Below, one piece after another: positions 1-9,600 of a DNA stretch of 64,000 bases. The notes beneath the pieces were generated by a model. It made no database searches, had not been told where the DNA came from, and saw only the letters and a list, made by a program, of their open reading frames with translations. A program made the position numbers and the translations under genes. Source of the DNA: Euprymna scolopes (lineage: Eukaryota); the NCBI GenBank assembly GCA_053919585.1, contig CM132820.1. The stretch is one strand, 5' to 3'. Each line of letters opens with the position of its first letter. Within the stretch, counting starts at the first letter, position 1.

Positions 1-556
1 TAGGGATCTCTACTGTAAAGGGATGAGACTTAGTAGCTTGTCGGGTTTGTCGGGGTAGTTACGTCGGGGAGGTACAAGTGTTTGCAGTTCGTCAGAGCAT
101 TCACCATTAAAGTATTTGTAGAACAGGCAGAGGGATGCAACATCTCGTCGATGGGACAGAGGTTGAAGCCTAGATCACAGTTCAGGACCTATCAGTGTGG
201 CGACTCTCTTTTGAACCCTGTCCAGGAGCGAGAGACAAGCAGCAGATGCACCAGCCCAGATGTGACAACAGTACTCCATACATGGGCGAATGGTTGCCTT
301 ATAAAGGTATAGGATACTGTCAGGCGTAAGTAGTTTTCTAGCATGGTAGAGGGAGCCAACCTTCCTTGCAGCAGCCTTGGCAATGCTCTCAATGTATCTA
401 TTCCAGTTCATATTCCCTGTAAACGTTAGGCCGAGGAGTTTAAAAGAAGTACTTTCAGGCAATGTGTTCTTGGCCATTGCTATTGGTGGTAGAGAAGGTT
501 TCTTGTAGTTATTGAAGGAAACAAGCTTAGTCTTAGCAGCATTGAATGTGACCAAC
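1..556 (-). mobile_element. CR1/L2-like non-LTR retrotransposon, C-terminal RT region; interrupted by Gypsy-like element A, with a few bases continuing at 4773-4790
   Basis: ORF 175..558(-) reads LVTFNAAKTK...LLGLTF...YKATIRPCMEYCCHIWAGA...LLDRVQKR and continues frameshifted as LQPLSHRRDVASLCLFYKYFNG. The conserved W of WLVTFN is restored only by joining to 4780-4781. Confidence 0.9.
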
Positions 557-642
557 ACATGTCTGCGAGAAGCGAGTTTTTGTTCCGTCTGTTTTTAGTT
601 GTATTTATTTTTGTTTGTTTTGCCTACTACATTTTTGTTTCA

Positions 643-654
643 AGCTATTTCGGC
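643..654 (+). promoter_or_regulatory. Putative primer-binding site of element A, complementary to tRNA-Phe nt 1-12
   Basis: AGCTATTTCGGC lies 2 nt after the left repeat and about 6 nt before the decayed gag start. It is the reverse complement of GCCGAAATAGCT. Confidence 0.75.
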
Positions 655-3600
655 ACTACTATTGCGAAGGTGCGGATAAGCAGCGATATTATCAAGCCGT
701 TCTCTGGCAAGTGAGACGTAGTGTGGCTGGAAAAAGTGAGACTTGTCGCACAACTTCAGCAGGTGGATGATGTAGCGAGTCTGCTACCTTTATATCTGGA
801 AGGTGATGCACTGGCCCTCTACATGGAAATGGAGGAGGACGATCAAAGAGAAATAGACCAGATTGAGGCCCGATTAAAGGAGGCATTTACCGATGATGCG
901 TTTGCAGCATACAGAAAAATAACTATGGTTAGATGGGCTGGCGAACGTGTGGATGTTTATGCCAACAAAATCAGGCAGTTAGTTGAATGGGCTGGATTCA
1001 CAGGAGATGGCTTAGACAGACTCACAAAATTGACTTTCGTCACTGGGTTCCCTGATGCTATCTCAATTGCTCTTCAACAGGTGCCGAACATCAAAGTCCT
1101 GACCATGGGGGAACTAATGTCAAGAGCAAGAATTTTGACGATGACTGGGGAACACAATCAGGACGTGGTTGCGGCCACACACTCACCCAACAACCACAGG
1201 GCCCAGAATATTCCTGTTAGTGTGATCTGTTTCAAGTGCAATACGAAAGACCACTTTGCAAAGGACTGTTGAAAACGTGGAACACAGTGTTACCGTTGCA
1301 GTGAAAGTGGACACTGGACTCGGAATTACTCGGGAAACGAGCATGGGGAGGACGCATAAGCGCCAGTCTCTTTACCCACTAAGATGCGAACACGACACTC
1401 CCGGTGATAAGCATTCATGTTGACGGGACGCGATGTTTGGCGCTTATTGATACAGGATGCTCTAGGACTATTTTACATGCAGACCGGTGTCGGTCTTGGA
1501 GAAAAACGAATGTAAATGTCAAAACGATTGGTGGAATGTCCCATGCGTGCTGCGGTGTTGGAGCGGTCTCTGTGTCCACTGACGAAGGTGTGTCTGCCAG
1601 AATTTATGTGTTGGTGTTGCGTGGCAAACCACTGGGGTTTGACTTACTTCTAGGGATCAACGCCATAAAAGCTCTGGGCAGTGTCGTTGTCAACCCTACA
1701 GGATCAGTGCAGCTGAGCGACAGGAAAAATATTAAATGCGCAGCCATTTCTATTAATGAACCAGATTTCACCGCCACCTTTGATCATCAAAACCGAACGT
1801 GGACCGCATCGTGGAAGTGGTCTGAGGACCACCCCCCTGAAAGACTACACAATCGAGTGTCAGAATACCCAGTGCCGGCAGAAATCTGTGAAGAATACAC
1901 GCAGGAGCTCCGCACCTGGATAGATAATGGTTGGCTTGTGCCGTACCCAGAGAATAAATTGGGACCTTCCAAAGGCCTAATTCCCCTGATGGCTGTGATG
2001 CTTAGAACAAAGCCAAAGTGCACCTGGTTATGGACTACCGGGAGCTAAATTATTACGTAGACGCGTTTACGGCCAACGCAGATGTTTGTGCAGCTAAGCT
2101 GCGTGAATGGAGACAAAAAGGTGCTAATGTGTCTCTACTGGACCTCAGGAGAGCATACCTACAAGTCCGGGTCCATGAGACACTGTGGCCATACCAGACT
2201 GTGGAAATCGATGGGAAAAAATATTGCCTGACCCGTCTGGGGTTCGGTTTGAATGTGGCTCCTCTGATCATGAGAGCAATTGTCAGCGAAGTATTGTCTC
2301 AGGAAGAAGTTGTAAGCCGCGCAGCATCTGCTTACATCGATGACATTTTTGTCAACGAGGACGTGGTGCCCGCGACCCATGTAAGAGAACACCTAGTGCA
2401 GTTCGGGTTGGAGTGCAAGAACCCGGAGCGGTTAAAGGATGGTGCACGGGTGCTGGGATTGGCGGTCTGGATGGAACACAGTGAACTACGGTGGAAGCAA
2501 GGAAATGCAATTCCAGAGGCTACCAGCATTGTTACACGATGAATAATGTTTTCCCTGTGTGGTCGACTTGTCGGGCACTTTCCGGTGTGTGGTTGACTTC
2601 GTGTGGCTTGTGGAATACTTAGAAGGAAAGTAATTTCGGTAACGAAGGGCTGGGATGATGAAGCAAGGGACGCCGTACTGCATCGTATCATGTTCGAAAC
2701 CTTGGAATCTGTACAGCAGAACGATCCAGTCCGGGGAAACTTGTGTGTGGATGGCAAAGAGCTGAATGTATGGGTCGATGCTAGCTCCCTAGCAATTGGT
2801 GCAGCCTTGGAGATGCGCAAAAGTGTGTTGGAGGATGCATGTTGGCTGCGACCTGAAGGTGACTCTCAACATATCAACTTAGCCGAGCTGGATGCCGTAT
2901 TGAAAGGTATCAATTTGGCTCTACAGTGGCAGAACAAAGTGCTACACATAAAGACAGATTCTGTCTGCATATACCATTGGGTCTCAGACACGCTAACTGG
3001 AAAGGCGCGAGTGCGCACCAAAGCAGCAAGCGAGATGCTTATTAGGAGGCGACTAAGCACTCTAAAGGAGCTCGTGAAAGAGTACAGGCTGACAGTGGAC
3101 GTGACACTGATTCCATCAGCACAAAACATTGCTGACTGATTGACACCAGTACCACAGATGTGGTTTGAGGCAATGAAAAAGAAAAACGGCTTGACCCGGT
3201 GATAGGCGCAGTTAACACAGAGGAACTGGATTAGAGTCAAATCATGGCTATTCACAAAGGTAGTGGACATCCGGGGGTGCGATGCACTACCTACTTTGTC
3301 AGGAGAAGTTGCCCAACCACGACAAAAGCAACCGTTAAAACGGTCATACAGAAATGTGAGGAATGTCAGTCCATTGACCCAGCGCCAGTCAGGTGGGAAA
3401 AGGTAAAGCTGGAAGTTAATGAGAATTGACAAAGAATTGGAATGAATATCATGCATTATGGCACCTTCCATTTTTTAACTCTAACAGACTGTGGTCCATC
3501 ATGTTTCTCCATTTGGAGGAAATTGGCAAGGCAGAACTTGGCAAGCATGATCCATCAGTTGGAAACAGTGTTCCTCGAGCATGGCTCGCCGCATGAAATC

Positions 3601-4401
3601 CTTTTAGACAATGACACGGCTTTCTGCAGCAACGCATTTCAAGCAATTGCACATAAATGGGGAGTTCACTTGCAATTCTCTTGTGCATACGCTCCAGCCA
3701 GGAATGGCATAGCGGAGCGATTTCACTGTACAGTAAAATGAATAGCGGCTAGAATGCGCTGTCCCATACAGGAAGCTGTCTACTGGTATAACATCACACC
3801 AAGAGACGACACATCTCCCTTCTCTGCGCCTGCCAACAGGATTTATCAATACAAAGTTCGAGTAAAGGAGACCAATCTTGCAACTACGTCCACAGATCCC
3901 AAGGACAGCCCTTACCAGGTTGGAGATCGCGTATGGGTCAAAAGACCACAAAATCGATGTACCATGAGGTTCGGCAAGGGTGAGGTGACCAAGGTAATCA
4001 GCCCTCAATCGATTTTGGTGGACGGTGTTCCTCGCCATGTGAAAGATCTGCGCCCTTGCCATTCTGTTGTTACATCAGAGGAAGAGGAAGACAGTACAAT
4101 GTCTTCTGAAGGAGCAGAGAGTATAATGCAGGACGATGGACAGCCATATAATGCACATATTGAAGAAGCGGAAGAGGGACTACCCATCTTGCCTTTACGA
4201 AGGAGTTCCCGACAAAGATGGATACTTCCCCCCTGTCCCTGCCCTGATTGTGAAACACCACCTATGGAACAGACTGGCGGCAATAACGGTGGTAATGAGG
4301 AAGATGACAAGGAGGAAGTGCTGCCTCCGGTTTTTCAAAGAAGTACCCGACAAGGATGACTGCCCCCCTGCCCCGTTTGTGATCATGAGATCAGGGGGGA
4401 G

Positions 4402-4762
4402 TGTAGCAGAATTAGCAGTAACCAAAAGGAGAAATAGAGAGCTTACCTCGGATACGTCTGTTTTGGGCTGAGCAGAAGAGAGAGTTCCAAGATGGCGTCC
4501 ATGGGCTTTTATTAGCGTTTACTCAATATAATTATCATTGAATCACGTCTGCTCTTACGCGATTATACAAATACGTCGTTCCCGGCCGCTATAAAGGCAG
4601 GACACTGGAAAGGAGAGGGGGCGTTCTGCAGATTGTGTGTAGGTTATTCTGGCGAGTAGATTGTGCTTGTTACGACCCACGTGTCTGCGAGAAGCGAGTT
4701 TTTGTTCCGTCTGTTTTTAGTTGTATTTATTTTTGTTTGTTTTGCCTACTACATTTTTGTTT
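4402..4762 (+). repeat. 3' LTR of element A
   Basis: Starts TGT immediately after purine tract AGGGGGGAG (4393-4401); TATAAA at 4590-4595; last 84 bp duplicated at 557-640; followed by A8 (4763-4770). Confidence 0.85.
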
Positions 4763-5049
4763 AAAAAAAAGAGACCAACCACATTCCTATGAAGCATGTT
4801 ATTTTATTTTACGTTGAATACAATTTGTTCCCGACAGTATAATCAAAGAGGAATATTTTTAGAGGATAGCCTCCTTGTAATAGATCTGTTAAGTGAACTA
4901 ATTAATAAAAGCTGGGGTTCTTACAATCTTACAATTGTTTATTCTTTCAAATAAGACACAGTGTCACTTTAACATAAGTGGATATTATTCGACACCAATT
5001 ATGCAGGGATACTATATAGGGCATTGAGATGTCTGTTCACATTACACTA

Positions 5050-5560
5050 AACTTCTGCATGTCATGAGTGATGAAACCATTTGACTAGAAGGCTTTATAG
5101 CATCTATGGATCTTTAGAGTGTAAGGGTAGGGTTTTGCTACTTGTCAAGTTAGTAAGGATGTAAACATTCGGATGCTCAAGTGTTTGGATTTATTTGGAG
5201 CACTTTCTATAAAAATACTTGTCAAAACGGCACAAAGATACAACATTTCGTTGATGGGAGATAAATTCAAATTTGGTGAATAGTGAGGTATCTATTAAGT
5301 TAAAAACTTTTTGAACCCTGTCTAATAGCGAGAGTCTAGTGGAAGATGCACCAGCCCAGATGCATGGGAGAATGGTTGCATAGTAAAGGTACAGGATACT
5401 TATAGGTGTAAGCAACTTTCTCAATGTATTTGCTCCAATTAAACTGTTGTATGAGAAGGCTAGACCTAGGAGTTCGAATGAAGAGCTTTCAACTCGTATA
5501 TTATTAGCAATTGATATGAGTGCTTGAGAAAGCTTCTTGTAATTATTAAAAGATAAAAGC
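5050..5560 (-). mobile_element. CR1/L2-like LINE fragment (RT C-terminal), degenerate
   Basis: LLSFNNYKK...FELLGLAFS...LLTPISILYLY...IWAGASSTRLSLLDRVQK...HQRNVVSLCRFDKYF, paralogous to 1-556. Confidence 0.85.
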
Positions 5561-6260
5561 TGTCTTGGCGGTGTGAAGGGGTCCCTTGCTACACAAGTCA
5601 CCACCAGTGACCTTGTGTGAACCCTCACACACACGTCTTGATCATCTTTCACAGGGAATTCTCCATGAGTCCTCTCAGCGCAGCAGGGTTGATTGGTTTC
5701 AGCATCGATTTCACCTTTGGGTTGATATGCCGTATCACGCTGGAAGTGAATAGATTTCATGCACACAAAAGAAAGACAAACTCAGATGTCTCTATTCTAC
5801 AAGTTAATTCAACTTAAATTTACAAAATATTATATAAACTGATATATAAATGTCCACTGCTGAATTATTACTAAACACACTATTGAATCTTGCTCTCCAT
5901 GTTTTTCGATGGCGACGGACGAAGAAGGGGGTACTACGGCGACTCTTTGATTAGTATTAAATTCTCTCAAGATCCAGCTTCAACTCTCTGATTTTTGGTG
6001 CGCGCATTTGCTTATCTAGTCAGGTGATAGGTAGGGTACCAATCACCAATCAACACGTCATTCCCGGGGAAGTCCAAATCCAATGCATGTGTGCTGGTGT
6101 CTCCGCGAATGCTTGAAGCCTTCAGTTCCCATGGCCAGGGAAGTTAATCCTTGACCTTTCGTCTGGACCCACAACCGAAATTATATTCATGATGATCTCA
6201 AAACGCCATCGAATTTGTCACTTTTCCCCAACAAGGAAAGTATATGTCTGTTTTACAAAA
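5561..6260. mobile_element. Unclassified insertion, possibly a solo LTR, between two parts of a LINE
   Basis: LINE homology stops abruptly at 5560. The insert begins TGTC, is less AT-rich than the flanks and is non-coding. Right end and TSD not resolved. Confidence 0.3.
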
Positions 6261-6469
6261 ACAATAAATTCATAACTTAACTCTTCCTTTCAGCAAGGTT
6301 ATCCGCCATTGCCCATGCATGCAGTAATGGTTAACAGTTAATACAAGCATGGTTGCCTGGCCTTATTCAGTGTTTCAAGGGTCTTAATCTCTCCCCAATG
6401 GCAGATTTTTATGTAAGCATCTATATGTCCCCATTCCACTACAGATTGGAATCCTTCCTCTAAAGATGC

Positions 6470-6815
6470 TGTCTCAAATCTGTACTGTTGGTCAGTAAGA
6501 AGTTTAGTATCTATGTCGTGGTGGACTAGTGCTTGATTAATTAAAGCCTCAAAGATTTTGGCAAAGTGAGGGAGGAAGTTAATTGGGGCAATAATTTAGT
6601 GGGTTTTTACATTAAAATTTTTGTAAACTGGTACCACAAAAGCAATTTTCCAACAGTCAGGAAAGCAAGATTCAGTAAGGCATTTGTTTAAGAGTTTGGA
6701 AAGGAGGAAGACAACATTAGCAGAGCATATTTTTAATCATATAGCCGGGATAAGATTGCACCCACATGCCTTTGAGGTGTCTAGGGTTTTTATGATATCA
6801 GGAACTTAAGAAAGA
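6470..6815 (-). mobile_element. CR1/L2-like LINE fragment (RT N-terminal)
   Basis: Minus-strand translation IIKTLDTSKACG...LLSKLLNKCLTESCFPDCWKIAFVVPVYK...FAKIFEALIN...LLTDQQY. Confidence 0.8.
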
Positions 6816-7020
6816 GTGTTTTCAGATTGTGGAGTGTGGCTTCTGTCTGCAAAAGAAAAATCCAGGATGGAATGATTTGCTGTGTCCAAAGTGGAGTGTG
6901 AGGAAAACTGTCGGACAATATACTAGTCTTCTCAGTTTCCATGCACGTTTGAAGGCCCGTTCCAAGGTGGGGTCTGGAATAATTTGTTTATGCATTATGT
7001 ATTATTATTATATTATTTTT

Positions 7021-7481
7021 TATATATATATATTAATAGGATAGCGTGTGGTTTATATATTTTGTGTGTCATCCTTGCATTCAAGTGACTGTCGTTTAAT
7101 GGTTATGGACTTCCATTTCATGTAATAAATCATTTTCCCAAGAATTCTTCATAAGTTTTTTTTCGGTTTCGATTATAGCTGATGGCACTCTAATCTATTT
7201 TTAATAAATAATTTTATCCAGAATTGTTCATAATTTTGGTTTGGGTTCTGATTATAGCTGAAGGAACTCAAGTCATATTTTTTCCCATAAGTTTTGGCTT
7301 CGGTTTCGATTCAACCTGATGCACCTAAGTCATATGGACATTTTTTTTTTTAAATTGCAACTTTATAATATATAAAACATTGATAAGACGTTAATTCTAT
7401 AATAACATATACAAAATCTGCAAGAAATAAAATATATTCAAGCGTACTTTATGACCAAGCTATGCCAGGCATCCCTGCTAG
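7021..7481 (+). mobile_element. Possible non-autonomous Helitron-like element with three internal ~65-80 bp degenerate repeats
   Basis: Starts in a TATATA run. Internal repeats CATAAGTTTT...GGTTTCGATTATAGCTGA at about 7150, 7228 and 7287. Ends in a GC-richer segment plus CTAG (GCTATGCCAGGCATCCCTGCTAG). Confidence 0.3.
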
Positions 7482-7610
7482 CTTAGATAAATACTTTAGC
7501 AGTTTTGACAAAAGAGCTATAATAATATCAGAGTGTCTCCATTTATGCTGAACATCAATATATTACATATGAATGAGTCCCTTGTTGAATTTTCACAGCC
7601 TTTGCTAATG

Positions 7611-7612
<2 letters not shown>

Positions 7613-7673
<61 letters not shown>
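7613..7673. repeat. (TA)n microsatellite
   Basis: Direct observation. Similar (TA)n tracts at about 18109-18162, 19182-19226, 24453-24507 and 47380-47414. Confidence 0.98.
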
Positions 7674-7679
<6 letters not shown>

Positions 7680-9169
7680 AAGTACCAGCAATATCCTTAT
7701 GAAAACCCTTGGCGTTTAAAGCTCCTGATTTGGAGTCGGGATTGAGGGAAGTCCTCTGAAAATTAATCCCATCTCTTTTTAGAGAGACGTTGATAAACGA
7801 AATCAGAATTATTATTGAATATAAATATCAATTTAGAGTGCCTCATTTCGGGGAGCTTGTTTTCATCCAAAATATAACACCATCACTGGAATGCTTACCC
7901 TTTAAAGTTTTGTTTAAATAGTTTTATTAAAAAATTGTAAATATATAAACACACTCTGCATAAATAAAATCAAGATTGGTCGCGAGTATGTTTAAATAGT
8001 TTTACTTAAAAAATTTATAAATATATAAACGCACTTTACACGAAAAATTAATTTTGATTATGAGTAAATGATATAACATTATTATTATTTTATTTAAATA
8101 AAATTATAAATCCAAAGTTTGGTTTTAATAGCTTTATTAAAAAGTTTTGTAAATATATAAAATAAAACACACTCTTGTTTACAAAAATCCGCAAAACAAT
8201 TGCGAATGTATGTGTGCAAAGTTCAAGGTCAAACCTGTGTCAAACAAAATGTTCTGTTGTCCCTTTTTTGCAGTGGCTTATCCCAATAGATAGAGAAAGT
8301 ATATTTAAACCTTGCATTCCTCCAGAGAAAAAGACATTACAGTGATTCTTGATGAGATTATATCCAAGAAAAAAGTATTGAAATTGTCTAGGGAGCTTAA
8401 AATAATAAATATTACAATTGCCAAGTGTCCAATACAATAGATAATGCAGTTATTTTTAACCCACGTTGCCAGGGATAAATAACGTTATATTCTTTTCTTA
8501 ATAATGTTTACAAGAAAAAGTATGTGTTGTTCCATAGCCAAAATGATAATGTAGTATCACTTCTTGTTATGTACTACTTGATGTTTCCGAGCACTAAAAT
8601 TTTTATTACCAATGTAATTTATCTTCATACGTTTTATTTTTGTATTATTCTGAAGGCCTATTGAATACTATATTTAGTAAGTGATTAGGAGGAACAGCAG
8701 AAACTAATATTCTACTCGGTATTATCAGATAGCAAATAAATTGTTATTATAAATATTATTTCTCTTCATAAGTTAATGTGAACTGTACTTTTTGCAGTGC
8801 TGTGAACATTTTTTTCAAATATTGCCTTATATTTTATCATTGAAGTGGCGTGCAGGAAGGTAACAAAAGGTGTTGTTGTACTTAGTGTTTTCAAGAAGCA
8901 ATAGCGTTGCTTTTATTATTATTACTATATCGAGATAACAGAATATTAATGCATAGAATCTTGAATTTACTTGTTTTCTTTCTATGACTGGGAACTTTCG
9001 AACGAGTCCCATCAGTAGGTTGCCTAAGGATCGTCGTCACATGTTGTGTCCTACTGTACAGTGTTTCATTTCTCGATCCAATTGTCTCTTGTGTTATCTC
9101 TTAGTTTCTTGATCCCTCTGTGGTCCTGTCAGCTTGCCGCAAATGAAGTCCTTGTAACAGAAATGTGTA

Positions 9170-9600
9170 AGGAAAAATTCAAGATGGCGCCCGACTCTCT
9201 CTTTAACACGGTAAGTTCAGGAAAAGATGTTATAAATGTTGCAGCAATTCAATAATCTTTTTACACCGGTTCTGCACGGATTCCAACAACGGTAAAATAT
9301 CCTCACACGGCACAAGAAGCAACAGCCACACGATTCCCCAGCCAACTCAATCGTCACTCCCCGACGTCTTTCCCCTCACCTGCTTTTATCGTCGTTCTAG
9401 GCCGGCTAAATTTGCATATTCCGAGAATTCGTGTGACTTTGCGAGACATCATACTTTACAAAAGACGGCGGCCGCCATCTTGGTCTTTCTTTTCTATTTT
9501 TGGTCGGTAACGCTGAGCTGGTCTCGAGGTAAGTCTTTTTCCCCTCATCCGTCTCTCCCACGTACCCACACAACACGCAAACACGCGGGCGCTTATCTCC
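9170..9600 (+). promoter_or_regulatory. CpG-rich candidate promoter / non-coding first exon(s), probably of the ZNF gene at 12.9 kb
   Basis: Local CpG enrichment; YY1-type motifs CAAGATGGCG (9180-9189) and GCCGCCATCTTG (9471-9482); octamer ATTTGCAT near 9410; GTAAGT donors at 9211 and 9529. Confidence 0.5.

Larger units (their letters stand above)
557..4772 (+). mobile_element. Gypsy-like LTR retrotransposon A (gag-PR-RT-RNaseH-IN), degenerate, with truncated 5' repeat, oligo-A end and 7-bp TSD
   Basis: gag with CFKCNTKDHFAKDC knuckle; protease LIDTGC; RT LDLRRAYLQ...YIDD; RNaseH WVDASS...NLAELDA...TDS; integrase HHCC (HKGSGH...CEEC), DNDTAF and NGIAER. 84-bp direct repeat at 557-640 and 4679-4762. 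GACCAAC at 550-556 and 4773-4779. Confidence 0.93.

Noticed and set aside
643-656. TTTCGGCAC as a sense match to the tRNA-Phe 3' end, or a tRNA gene here
   Set aside because: This follows from acceptor-stem self-complementarity. No tRNA body is present, and the antisense match to nt 1-12 is longer and conserved in the other elements.
4402-4836. Reading the 3' LTR of element A as a canonical TG...CA LTR ending at CCCGACA (4836)
   Set aside because: The TSD GACCAAC and the resumed LINE codon at 4773-4781 place the element end at 4772 or earlier.
7533-7745. ORFs containing IYIYIY, VCVCVC or HTHT runs (also 18093, 19027, 24319, 33534-33861, 47606)
   Set aside because: Translations of microsatellites or low-complexity DNA.
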